Shown: positions 28,801 through 37,785 of the stretch, piece after piece | Layout: each line of letters begins with the position of its first letter | Numbering within the stretch: position 1 is the stretch's first letter | Sequence record: SRR31156797_8486 | DNA length: 48,958 nucleotides | Strand: one strand, 5' to 3' | The notes under the pieces: model-generated | Database searches by the model: none | What the model was told of the DNA's origin: nothing | What the model saw: the letters and a program-made list of their open reading frames with translations, nothing else | Position numbers and translations under genes: made by a program

Positions 28801-30643
28801 CAGAGCCTCCCATAAGCGACCGGTGGAAATTTCTGCCTGGAAAGCCTTTATGGCAGCCTTCTACTTAGGGGTTTCTAATCTGCGTCGGCGACGTCTCAGA
28901 ACTGCCCTAACCTGCCTGACCCTGATAATTCTGACTTTTACCATCATGAGTTTTACCACGGTCAACACTATGCGCAGACAAAACAAACTCAATTTTGAGA
29001 AACAAGGCACCTACCAGGGTGTCCTTTTCAAAGATATAGGTTGGACTAAGCTGCCAAGAGAGACCTTGTCAACATTCAAGTCACTTTTTCATGGTGAGGC
29101 AATTGTTGGTCCCAGGGTGTGGCTCAGTGCTGACGATCCAACCCGAGCAGCGCGTATTCAGGTTAATTGGCAGAAACATCCTTTTCTTGTCCAGGGCCTT
29201 ACCGGACTCTCCTCCATGGAACCCAAACTGAGCGGTATTGATACTATTCTCCTTAAAGGCCGTTGGTTTAACAGTGATGAACCTAACGGGGTCATCATTC
29301 CTGCCAGCCTGGCGGCACGGATAGATATAGACCCAGATAAACCTGATCAACCGACTCTCAATCTCTGGGGCATCCCCCTCAAAGTAACTGGTATTTTTTC
29401 GGAGAAAGTCCTCCAAAATTTCACTGATCTTGATGGTGAAATACTGACCCCTGCTATTTTCCCTTCCGAAAGCATGCGGGAAATGACAGAAGTAGAAAAA
29501 GAAGCCCTGGAGTCAGGAGAAGATGTGCATAATTTTCAAGGTCGTTACCGACATATAAGTACCGACCAAGTGCTCATTCTACCAGCAAAAACATTGCTGA
29601 CCCTTGGGGGAGAATTGAAAAGTGTTGCTCTGACAACACCTCACCCCATCAGTGATGACATGCTCACCACCCTGACGGACCGGTTTAACCTGACCCTTTT
29701 CAGCAGTGAGCCAGATGGTGTTTTTGTGTATAATGCCAGTGATACCATGCAGTATTCGGGTATGCCAAATATCGTCATTCCACTGGTTATATCCATTCTT
29801 ATTGTTCTCAATACAATGATCAGCTCAGTGTATGAACGCAAAAAAGAGATTGCGGTCTACACTTCCGTAGGGCTTGCTCCCACCCATGTCTCGTTCCTGT
29901 TCATTGCAGAGGCACTTGCCTTTGCCGTTATCTCTGTCGTTCTCGGGTACCTGCTGGCTCAGACCAGCGCAGGATTTCTGGCTGGTACCAGCCTCTGGGA
30001 AGGGATTACGGTTAATTACTCATCAACAGCCGGCGTAGCTGCCATGATTTTGGTCATGGGAGTAGTTCTTCTATCTGTCATTTATCCATCCAGGGTAGCT
30101 GCTTCCATTGCCATCCCTGATGTCAATAAAAGTTGGGTTATGCCCGAGGCAGAGCAAGATACCCTGACGGTGACGTTACCATTTTTAATGCGCTTTCATG
30201 AACATGCTTCTATTTGCGGTTTTTTGCATGCCTATTTCAGTGCCCACCAGGATGTTTCACACGGTATCTTTTCTACTGGCCCCATTGAAATTATTGATGC
30301 TACCCAGATGGACGATTCTGATCAGCACCGGTTACCCATGGCTGATGACTGTCTCCACCTGCGATCCAAAGTCTGGCTTGCCCCCTTTGATTTCGGCATC
30401 CTGCAGTGGGTTGATCTCCGCTTCTGCCATGCACGGGAAGGTAAAGATTTTCTTGAAATAAGTGTTCTTTTGACCAGAAAGGCTGGCGAATTTGGGGTAT
30501 GGAGACGGGTAAACAGCGCTTTTATCCATACCCTGCGCAAGCAGCTTCTAGTCTGGCGATCACTTGACAAGGAAGGGCATGCTCAATACGCCAAGGTTCT
30601 TGATCAACTAACAACACCCGAAAATACCGAGGAAAAAGCATGA
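25796..30643 (+). CDS. Giant membrane protein: PA domain + degenerate M28-peptidase-like ectodomain + TM bundle + MacB periplasmic core + FtsX permease
   Basis: PA motif GDLIYVGKG...GSIVLMD...GAKALIYI; M28-like EAFYDS/PGADE/TSGHAQ/GTPFDT; MacB TM1 RRRRLRTALTCLTL; FtsX NTMISSVYERKKEIAVYTSVG. Overlaps the ATPase stop. Confidence 0.82.
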   Translation: MSDNSTAIDCSRRTRWPVPIILSMAMFILPVLLCAGGAFASPAPLPQADSLQTAVSFFSSLGDRSTATPGTNAAAEYIRKRLAAARPMESGYTDFALPVRRHQGSRLNIGSTSLAIQPLYYNAITPQNISTEGLQGDLIYVGKGELGDFNGFDVVGSIVLMDFDSGRNWLNAASLGAKALIYIGNDKTNRPQFLDKEELSPIQFPCFWTTETELASLLSLPLSKTRQPLAKRVTLTSSIQWEQGTGRNLYALFPGTDPTKKDQLLVVEAFYDSSYFIPGSSPGADEALSIASLLELADFLHDNPPQRPFLLVATSGHAQELTGMREIIWTANVASKDLRKMGKKIKADKKLRNRYIEALQNFTAGKSEEIDGMNLQAGLRETVKLDIDRISNELMNLRMASETSESDTRIKVLAEKRLLLRQISWRTNFNDLSKEETTLLIPLAQSAISTHLSVLTELNSQQEMLKKSRQFRSLLAEFEPRAIVSLHLSSHGNGLGAFERGFMYPLRSRINRTGAFREIDDALQQVAAATPETAPIFTSTLRPDRLHPWQDLLPDKPHLGGEVSCLAGLPGLSLVTTGDLRSKWGTPFDTTDHIDWDKATHQWQLAKSLIMGLDKAADLPLGYIRDGFATVSGKAGLLLHGELFAEQPAPQTMLLAFQGSARYHLLTDLQGQFLLKGVADKKHVQDKVILEGYKFSTVDDGTNWAIDKKLTGKASYRIKMQRQAMRTDLVMFNCKQVTFFNLLEPRSLRYMTKLQLIDGRREAPPLRYWYSRIDTRSSIIASLFLEPGTRIKLTLSDTILKKKMLLTNSDQLHPLGQGYDVDTHPSLYHTSYLTARDHWALLAPRVANLERHGIHNERIQNLQQQGVEALQAAEQALKEKQYQLFSEAANTSWALASRVYEHVEKTQKDVLFGVLFYIALFVPFAFCMERLLFGYVSIYKRITAFTLILCFLIAIIAQVHPAFALAYSPTVVILAFFIIGLSLLVTMIILLRFESEMILLQRRASHKRPVEISAWKAFMAAFYLGVSNLRRRRLRTALTCLTLIILTFTIMSFTTVNTMRRQNKLNFEKQGTYQGVLFKDIGWTKLPRETLSTFKSLFHGEAIVGPRVWLSADDPTRAARIQVNWQKHPFLVQGLTGLSSMEPKLSGIDTILLKGRWFNSDEPNGVIIPASLAARIDIDPDKPDQPTLNLWGIPLKVTGIFSEKVLQNFTDLDGEILTPAIFPSESMREMTEVEKEALESGEDVHNFQGRYRHISTDQVLILPAKTLLTLGGELKSVALTTPHPISDDMLTTLTDRFNLTLFSSEPDGVFVYNASDTMQYSGMPNIVIPLVISILIVLNTMISSVYERKKEIAVYTSVGLAPTHVSFLFIAEALAFAVISVVLGYLLAQTSAGFLAGTSLWEGITVNYSSTAGVAAMILVMGVVLLSVIYPSRVAASIAIPDVNKSWVMPEAEQDTLTVTLPFLMRFHEHASICGFLHAYFSAHQDVSHGIFSTGPIEIIDATQMDDSDQHRLPMADDCLHLRSKVWLAPFDFGILQWVDLRFCHAREGKDFLEISVLLTRKAGEFGVWRRVNSAFIHTLRKQLLVWRSLDKEGHAQYAKVLDQLTTPENTEEKA

Positions 30644-32631
30644 GTTCCCCCCAGCAAGCATCCCTTAAACCTATCCGTCTACGGGCGATTCTTCTGGGAA
30701 CGATGTTGGCCGCTGTTATCTGTGCACTTACCCCGGTCAACAACATCTACAACCAGGCTACGCCCCTGGGTGGTGGCCACTTTCCCCTTGCACCGTTTTA
30801 TGTCCTCATCACCACGTCCCTGTTTGCCGGAATAATCAGCAGAATCCTGCCAACAGCACGGCTCATAACCGGTCAGGAACTTTTGGTTATCTGGATACAA
30901 ATGGTCATTGCCTCGGGTATTGCCTACACCGGACTCACCCGGACCTTTTTCATCAACCTGACCGTACCCTTCCAATTTGCCACCGCTGAAAACAATTGGC
31001 AGGCAACGCTTCAACCACTGTTACCCGACCTCCTCTATCCGGGGGAGGGAGCCATCACAGGCCTTTACAATGGTCTCGCCAACGGTCGTCGTATGGGGTG
31101 GCTGGAGGTGATTGCTAACATCCCGTGGCAACACTGGGTAAAACCGCTCTTTGCATGGGGTATTTTTATCATGCTTTGTTACACGGTTATGATTGCTCTG
31201 ATCAACCTGCTTTCACGACAGTGGATCCACAACGAACGCATGAATTTCCCACTACTACGGGTTCCGCTCTTGATGGCGGAAAGCTATGACAACAATAGTT
31301 TTCGATCTTTTTTATTGAATCCCTATCTCTTGTGGGGCCTATCAATACCGGTTACCCTGCACCTGCTCAATGGGCTCAACTATTACTTTCCTTCTGTCCC
31401 GTCCATCCCCTCCCTTATCCTCGCCGGACCTTATTTTCCAAAGGTTGGTCTCCTTTCAGGATTCATAAAACTCAAAATTTATATTTATCCGGTCTTTATA
31501 GGTTTTGCCTTTCTGGCCGCCCGGCAGGTTTCCCTTTCCTGCTGGCTTTTCTTTCTGCTTGGCAGCCTGCTCATCGGCCTACTCAGCGTGTTGGGCTATA
31601 ATATCCCTGCCTCTTCTCTGGGCGTCACCTTCGGCCCTACCCTGGCTCGCCCGGAAGAGACCCAGATGATTGGAGCCTATGGCGTTTTTTTTGTTTTCCT
31701 GGTCTGGTTATCCAGACACCATCTGCAACATATCGTTAAACAAGCCTTTTCCACTGGACCTGTAGCCGTCAACACCGAGTGGTTTTCCATCCGTCTCTCT
31801 TTCTGGATAGCAGTTGCTGGAATGGCAGCCATTGTGGGCTGGGCTACTTTTTTCGGTATGCAGCCGACAACAGCCCTGCTCATGGTTTTCGCTTTTTTCA
31901 TGATTACCCTGGTTGCCTCCAGGATTATTTGCCAGGGCGGGCTGGGTTATTTCACACTGACAGCTGCTCCACTTGATGGGTTACTGGTTATCTTTGGCCC
32001 GACACTTTTCAGTAAAGTCGGCCTGCTGATTGCGGCGGTGGCACAAAAGGTCTTATTTGTTGACCTCAGAGAATCACTAACAGCCTCTTTGCTCCATGCC
32101 CGTGAAGTACATCATAACCTGGAAAATAGGCGGTTACTGCTTTTTGGAATAGGGCTGACACTGACAACTGCGGTTGTGGTTTCTTTCATGGCCATGCTTG
32201 CCCTGTGTTATAAATATGGCATTCGTGAGCTGCAGCTAGAATGGGCAACACGGACATCTTTGGGCGTCTATGAAAATATTGTCCGCCTCAATGATACCGG
32301 AGTAGAGGCCGGCCACTGGGTGAAAATATTTTCCATTATCGGCGCAGTGGTTATGCTTATCCTGGTCACCTGTTATCACCGTTTTTACTGGTGGCCCATC
32401 CACCCTATCGGTTACCTCACTGCCTATTCCTCTGCCATGCGCATCCTCTGGTTTTCTTTTTTTATAGGATGGATGTGCAATGCGCTGTGCATGCGTTACG
32501 GCGGAGTGGTTTTATTTAAAAAATTACGATTCTTTTTCATCGGCCTGATCATAGGCGACCTCTTTATGGGCGGCACCTGGGCCATTATCGGCTTGTTTGC
32601 CGATGGCAGCTATCAGGTTTTGCCTGATTAA
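30640..32631 (+). CDS. Polytopic membrane protein, DUF6785/DUF6784-like (remote OPT-like)
   Basis: Many hydrophobic helices; QWIHNERMNFPL and WWPIHPIGY motifs; ATGA overlap with the giant permease. Confidence 0.7.
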   Translation: MSSPQQASLKPIRLRAILLGTMLAAVICALTPVNNIYNQATPLGGGHFPLAPFYVLITTSLFAGIISRILPTARLITGQELLVIWIQMVIASGIAYTGLTRTFFINLTVPFQFATAENNWQATLQPLLPDLLYPGEGAITGLYNGLANGRRMGWLEVIANIPWQHWVKPLFAWGIFIMLCYTVMIALINLLSRQWIHNERMNFPLLRVPLLMAESYDNNSFRSFLLNPYLLWGLSIPVTLHLLNGLNYYFPSVPSIPSLILAGPYFPKVGLLSGFIKLKIYIYPVFIGFAFLAARQVSLSCWLFFLLGSLLIGLLSVLGYNIPASSLGVTFGPTLARPEETQMIGAYGVFFVFLVWLSRHHLQHIVKQAFSTGPVAVNTEWFSIRLSFWIAVAGMAAIVGWATFFGMQPTTALLMVFAFFMITLVASRIICQGGLGYFTLTAAPLDGLLVIFGPTLFSKVGLLIAAVAQKVLFVDLRESLTASLLHAREVHHNLENRRLLLFGIGLTLTTAVVVSFMAMLALCYKYGIRELQLEWATRTSLGVYENIVRLNDTGVEAGHWVKIFSIIGAVVMLILVTCYHRFYWWPIHPIGYLTAYSSAMRILWFSFFIGWMCNALCMRYGGVVLFKKLRFFFIGLIIGDLFMGGTWAIIGLFADGSYQVLPD

Positions 32632-32672
32632 CAAAAATACACCTCACACCAGTCAACAGGTATAACAGTCGC

Positions 32673-34631
32673 ATGTATGATGACAAGGAACTAAAAGAAT
32701 ATCGGGACCTCCTCCAGACTCCTGAAACATTTGAAGAGGGTTTTGACTGGAAAACCGTTGTTGGAGCCGTCTTCATCGGTTTTCTCATGATGCCTGGTTC
32801 CATGTACCTGCAACTGGTCATCGGGTCAGGGATTGGCCCTGCTGCACGCTGGGTCACGATTATTCTTTTTGCTGAAATTGCCAAAAGAGCACACACTAAC
32901 CTGCGCCAACAGGAAATTTTCATCCTCTATTACATGGCCGGGGCAGCGTTAGCATCCCCTTTTCAAGGGCTGCTATGGAGCCAATATTTAGTTCAGTCCG
33001 ATGCAGCCAAGATGCTCGGAGTTGCTGAATTTATCCCCACCTGGATTGCACCTGCTTCTGGCTCGGAATCTCTGCTCCAACGAACCTTTCTCCACCGGGA
33101 CTGGCTTATCCCCATTCTGCTCCTTGTCGGCTCACAGATCATCCAAAGAGTAGACCGTTTTGGTCTTGGGTATGCCCTGTACAGGATTACCTCAGATGTC
33201 GAAAAGCTCCCTTTCCCTATGGCACCAGTCGGGGCGTTAGGTACCATGGCCCTTGCGGAATCTACCGAAGAAAAGAAAACAGGGTGGAAATGGCGTGTTT
33301 TTTCCATTGGAGCGGTGATAGGTCTTGCCTTTGGCGGCATCTATGTCTTGCTTCCGGTTGTCTCCGGCTTAATCTTTACCGAACCGATACGTTTAATTCC
33401 TATCCCGTGGATTGAATTGACCAGGCACACCGAACAGGTTCTGCCTGCTGTGGCAACAGGTATCCAGTTGGACCTGGGACTTGTCTTTATTGGAATGGTA
33501 CTCCCATTCTGGGCTGTTATGGGTGGCATGATCGGGCTCATTATCACGATTTTCCTCAACCCGATCCTCTGGGACAAAGGCATCTTACACCGCTGGCACC
33601 AGGGTATGGGTACTGTGGACACAGTATTTGCAAATAATTTTGATTTTTACATGAGCTTTGGTATCGGCTTGGGACTGGCAATAGGGGTTATTGGAATCTG
33701 GTCGGTAATCCGATCTTTTAGTAAAAGCGGAGCTGAACGCGGAACACTCAAGGATCTTTTTAATCCGCCTGCAGGTAGAGGGGATTTTAATTTCTGGATA
33801 TCCATTGGTATCTACGTTTGTTCTACTCTATCTTATGTACTGCTTTGTATGTGGCTGGTCCCTAATTTTCCCTGGATTTTTTTCCTTGGCTACGGCTTTA
33901 TCTATACACCAATCATTTCCTACATCACTGCCAGGATGGAAGGTATTGCCGGCCAATTTGTAAGCCTGCCACTTGTACGGGAGGCAAGTTTTATTGCCGG
34001 TGCTAAATATTTCGGCTACCAGGGGATTGAAATATGGTATGCCCCGATCCCGATCCATAACTACGGTGAAGCAACAGTAGGATTCAGGGAGATAGAACTG
34101 ACAGGCACCTCGCTGCGCGGCATTATAAAGGCAGAACTGGTTGTTTTCCCAGTGGTCATGGTCTCCAGCTTACTCTTTTCCCAGTTTATCTGGAGGCTGG
34201 CACCAATACCTTCTGCAAGCTACCCTTACGCCCAAGAACTATGGCACTTGCAAGCCTTGAATACACTTTTAATGCAGACCTCTACCCTGGAAGGAAATTC
34301 CCTCTTTTTCCAGGCACTCAAGGCATCCTATGTATTCTCCGGTCTCGGCCTGGGATTGGTAATGTATATGATCCTCAGCCTGCTTGGCCTACCTGTGCTG
34401 CTGATATACGGGGTCGTCAGGGGACTTGGTCAATCAACCCCCCATGGGATTATCCTGGAGGTTGCGGGGGCTCTGCTGGGACGTTACTATTTCCATAAAC
34501 GCTATGGTTCCATGTGGCGACAGTACGCACCGGTTCTACTGGCTGGCTTTGCCTGTGGAATGGGTTTGACAGGTATGTTTGCCATGGGATTTGCACTCAT
34601 CCTCAAGTCACTGAGCTACATGGCCTACTAA
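32673..34631 (+). CDS. Polytopic membrane protein, OPT/oligopeptide-transporter-like
   Basis: Many TM helices; LRQQEIFIL and DVEKLPFPMAPVGA motifs; PIPSASYPYA. Confidence 0.7.
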   Translation: MYDDKELKEYRDLLQTPETFEEGFDWKTVVGAVFIGFLMMPGSMYLQLVIGSGIGPAARWVTIILFAEIAKRAHTNLRQQEIFILYYMAGAALASPFQGLLWSQYLVQSDAAKMLGVAEFIPTWIAPASGSESLLQRTFLHRDWLIPILLLVGSQIIQRVDRFGLGYALYRITSDVEKLPFPMAPVGALGTMALAESTEEKKTGWKWRVFSIGAVIGLAFGGIYVLLPVVSGLIFTEPIRLIPIPWIELTRHTEQVLPAVATGIQLDLGLVFIGMVLPFWAVMGGMIGLIITIFLNPILWDKGILHRWHQGMGTVDTVFANNFDFYMSFGIGLGLAIGVIGIWSVIRSFSKSGAERGTLKDLFNPPAGRGDFNFWISIGIYVCSTLSYVLLCMWLVPNFPWIFFLGYGFIYTPIISYITARMEGIAGQFVSLPLVREASFIAGAKYFGYQGIEIWYAPIPIHNYGEATVGFREIELTGTSLRGIIKAELVVFPVVMVSSLLFSQFIWRLAPIPSASYPYAQELWHLQALNTLLMQTSTLEGNSLFFQALKASYVFSGLGLGLVMYMILSLLGLPVLLIYGVVRGLGQSTPHGIILEVAGALLGRYYFHKRYGSMWRQYAPVLLAGFACGMGLTGMFAMGFALILKSLSYMAY

Positions 34632-34816
34632 GAAGTGAAGCCTGTCGCTGCAAACCTATCATTAAGGGATTCGCAGGAACTTTCATACTGTAACAAGTAC
34701 AGTAATAGAGTCAGATTGAAAGTGCGGGAATGGGTGAAACAAGTCTTCGAGAAGTGGTATTGTTTTGTAGGGTACAACCCACATGAAATATATCGAGTAC
34801 CTTAAAAAGGATCACG

Positions 34817-34846
34817 CCGCAGCGTAGATATAAATTTACGCTGCGG
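34817..34846. terminator. Hairpin between convergent genes (putative terminator)
   Basis: Perfect 10-bp stem CCGCAGCGTA / TACGCTGCGG; no clear U-tract. Confidence 0.55.
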
Positions 34847-34854
34847 TATCATGA

Positions 34855-36594
34855 CTAGTCCTCTGTTTTTTTCAAGGCATCATTGATAGAAACGGCATAC
34901 GGGTGGTGTTTACGTAAAAAAACAGGCATAATGTTACGTTCTTTTCGGGCCTGTTCCATGGAGTCGTAAATTCCGTAATAAACGAATAAAGTTGGTGGCG
35001 TTGATTTTTTACGCAGAATATAGAGTTGATCCTTGATGTCATGATACTGATCCTGAACCAACATCCTTTTCAGGTTGCCCTCCGCATTGTTTGAGGTCAA
35101 CATCATCAGTTGGATAGTATAGCCTCCACGGAAAGCCTCTGCCAGCCAACTAGAACTTGCACGGCGACGATCACGAAAAAGAAGCTCTCCGTCCCGACCT
35201 TTATACATCACCTTTTCTACCGGTTTCTTTACAGGCACTTGTGTTGTTGTTTCTGGAGTTACTGAAGGGGGCTCAATATTTATGGGTAATGCATCAGGAG
35301 CTCGTTTTTTCCCCACCGGTCGAACAATAATGACACTCGGTTTTTCAGGTTCCACCTTTTTCTGGTTAGTAAGAGGCTTAATTTTTAACGCAACAGGAGT
35401 ATCCAGCGATTCAACAATGACGTCCTCTTCAAGCTCATTCTCTACACCTTCTACTACAATGGGTTCCGGTGCAGGCGGTACCACCTCAACTTTTTTATTC
35501 TCTATTCGTTGCTTCTGCTGCTCCACCACTGGTTCTGCCACCTCTTCCACTGGCGGCTCATCAACAGCTGTCACAGCGGGTAACTCTTCTATTACTTTTT
35601 CCTTTTCAGGAGGCAAAAGCGGAGTAACCAGGTTTTCCTTTTCCTCTCCTCCAGAAACCAACATCCCTATCACGATGACCAGAATAATTGCTGCCGCACC
35701 GGCACCGGCCAACAACCTGTTATCTTGAACAAAGGCGAATGCTTCTTCAAGTTTCTCCGTCACTCTCGTCAACGGGTTAGACGCATGTTCTACAGTATCA
35801 TCTTCAACTGTAACATGATCCAAAAGGACCATAAACGATTTGACCGAACAGGAATTCTGAAGTGACTCTTCGGCCAGGATATTGATCATCCGCATATTGC
35901 CTTGGGAAGAGGCATGAATCTTGGCGACAGCTCCATCTGAAAAGAAATCTTCGTGCTGATCTAAAGAAAGTCCGGCTCCCTCCAGCCGGAACATGAGGTA
36001 CTCACTGGTCTCTTCTTCGTCCAATGGTTCAAGATAATGCCCAGCATTGATATCAACATTGGCACAATAAATAGCAAGCTGTTCAAGGTTTGCATCAAGA
36101 CCGGGACGACCTGCAAGAACAATACGCAATACACCGCCTTCCTCGATCTCGCAGATGGATCGCACCAATCGTTCCAGCGTTGCCAGGAAGAGTTTTTCCG
36201 CCTCATCGACGATTATCAGCACCTTCCTATTCTGTTGGCGCCGCTTGTCCAGTAACCCATGCAGTTCATGCATAAAATTAACAGACTCGTGCCCACCGGA
36301 AGGATGCATTCCGAGATCCAGGCAAATGACGCGTAACAGGTCATCAAAGGAACCTATAGGATTATCGAGATAAACAACATCAGTATTGCCTGGAACCTTA
36401 TTGGCAACTATACGGCAGATGAGAGTCTTACCTGAGCCTTCACTCCCGATAAACTTAACCAGAGGTTTGCCGGCAATGATATCGCTGATTAATGCCTTGC
36501 AGACAATTTCTCTTTGACCGCCGGGATAGAAGATATCAACATCAGGTTCTTCCTTAAACGGCTCGTAATGTAAGTTAAAATGTTCAAGATACAT
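34855..36594 (-). CDS. ExeA/GspA-type AAA ATPase with TM helix, Pro/Glu linker and C-terminal SPOR (DamX-like) domain
   Basis: MYLEHFNLxxEPF start; Walker A GSEGSGKT; Walker B IIVDEAE; SQGNMRMINIL; TM AAAIILVIVIGMLV; YTIQL...VYYGIYDS..QA. Confidence 0.88.
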   Translation of the reverse strand: MYLEHFNLHYEPFKEEPDVDIFYPGGQREIVCKALISDIIAGKPLVKFIGSEGSGKTLICRIVANKVPGNTDVVYLDNPIGSFDDLLRVICLDLGMHPSGGHESVNFMHELHGLLDKRRQQNRKVLIIVDEAEKLFLATLERLVRSICEIEEGGVLRIVLAGRPGLDANLEQLAIYCANVDINAGHYLEPLDEEETSEYLMFRLEGAGLSLDQHEDFFSDGAVAKIHASSQGNMRMINILAEESLQNSCSVKSFMVLLDHVTVEDDTVEHASNPLTRVTEKLEEAFAFVQDNRLLAGAGAAAIILVIVIGMLVSGGEEKENLVTPLLPPEKEKVIEELPAVTAVDEPPVEEVAEPVVEQQKQRIENKKVEVVPPAPEPIVVEGVENELEEDVIVESLDTPVALKIKPLTNQKKVEPEKPSVIIVRPVGKKRAPDALPINIEPPSVTPETTTQVPVKKPVEKVMYKGRDGELLFRDRRRASSSWLAEAFRGGYTIQLMMLTSNNAEGNLKRMLVQDQYHDIKDQLYILRKKSTPPTLFVYYGIYDSMEQARKERNIMPVFLRKHHPYAVSINDALKKTED

Positions 36595-37691
36595 GGGAAA
36601 TATGAATAAAATGCTTTGTAAATTTAAGAAGAAAAAAGCAATCTCTTGTGTCTAACTTTATCACAAGTCAAACGATTATCAATGACTTAGCATCTCCTGT
36701 AAACCTCTTTTTTACAGCGATGCACTCTTTTTGCTCTTTTTCAGCAATAATATACACGATTTTCCGTATATCAGCGCCTGCCATTACCTATAAAACAAAC
36801 TGCTGCAAGAAGCTTATTCTGTTTCTCATCCTTGCAATATAACATGCGTACAATTTCCAGCTCGATGCCAAGCACCTAGCTGCTTAAGTATTATTTTACC
36901 GACACCGATCCATCGACATTTATTCTCAATATGACTATTAGTCTGCTAACCACCTAAGGATTTTAAAAATTTTTCCATAAAAATGATGAAATTTTCAACG
37001 CACGATACAATTGTTACTTTCGACGGTTATGGCACCTCCCAGGCTCATTGAAACCTATCAGTAAACGATGGGAAGGACTAAGCTATGAACTCTTTAAAAA
37101 CAATTTAGAGACCAAACATGAGAGTTACATCCAATTCTGGCAATACAAGTACGGTTGCGGATAGAAAAGAGAGTGACTATCGAGAAGAGAACGAAGTTGC
37201 TCCGGATCTAACGACACCAACCTATGCCATTTTTGAGGCACATATTAATAACTGGTGCTTACAAAACGATCCTTTTTCCTGATTTCAGGAAAATCTGCCG
37301 CAGAAATAATATTACCTGTCATCAAGCTCAAAATATCCCCACACAAGTTCTTTGCGAATAGCTTAGGTTATAGCCTTCCCGCCAACAGTCTCACAACAGC
37401 GACAGATCAAAAAGAATCTAATAGATTGAGATCAAAGGCTGAAAAACCTAGCACTTAGCTCTGCCCCCAAAATGGTTAGAAGTTTAATGGCAACGTCCAA
37501 CCGTGTGTTCGAAGTTGACCAACAGTTTAAAAATAAGTCAAAATTAGTAACTTGACCTACTGATAGACTATGAATGCGATCTTGCCTTTATTATTCCTAT
37601 ACATTTCTCTTTTTTTCCGTATTTTTGAACTTTTCGTCTTGCACTCACAAGAAAAACCCGTAACCCCTTGACTTTTAAAGTTTTTACATCT

Positions 37692-37707
37692 TGGCATACA
37701 TTGTGCT
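37692..37707 (+). promoter_or_regulatory. Sigma54 (-24/-12) promoter of the PEP-CTERM gene
   Basis: TGGCATACATTGTGCT = GG-N10-GC with exact spacing, about 80 nt upstream of ATG 37786. Confidence 0.75.
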
Positions 37708-37785
37708 AACAAGATCGTATTATTGAAACAGGGATAAAGCGATTCAGCAAATGAAACCATTTCACTACTTAACGAGACAGGGCAT

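Noticed and set aside
34686-34704. TACTGTA-N5-TACAGTA palindrome resembling an SOS box
   Set aside because: CTGT-N7-ACAG spacing (not N8), located between convergent 3' ends where an operator makes little sense.
37106-37108. Pyrrolysine readthrough of the in-frame TAG in the small ORF
   Set aside because: No homolog, no pyl genes in the window and no supporting context; too speculative.
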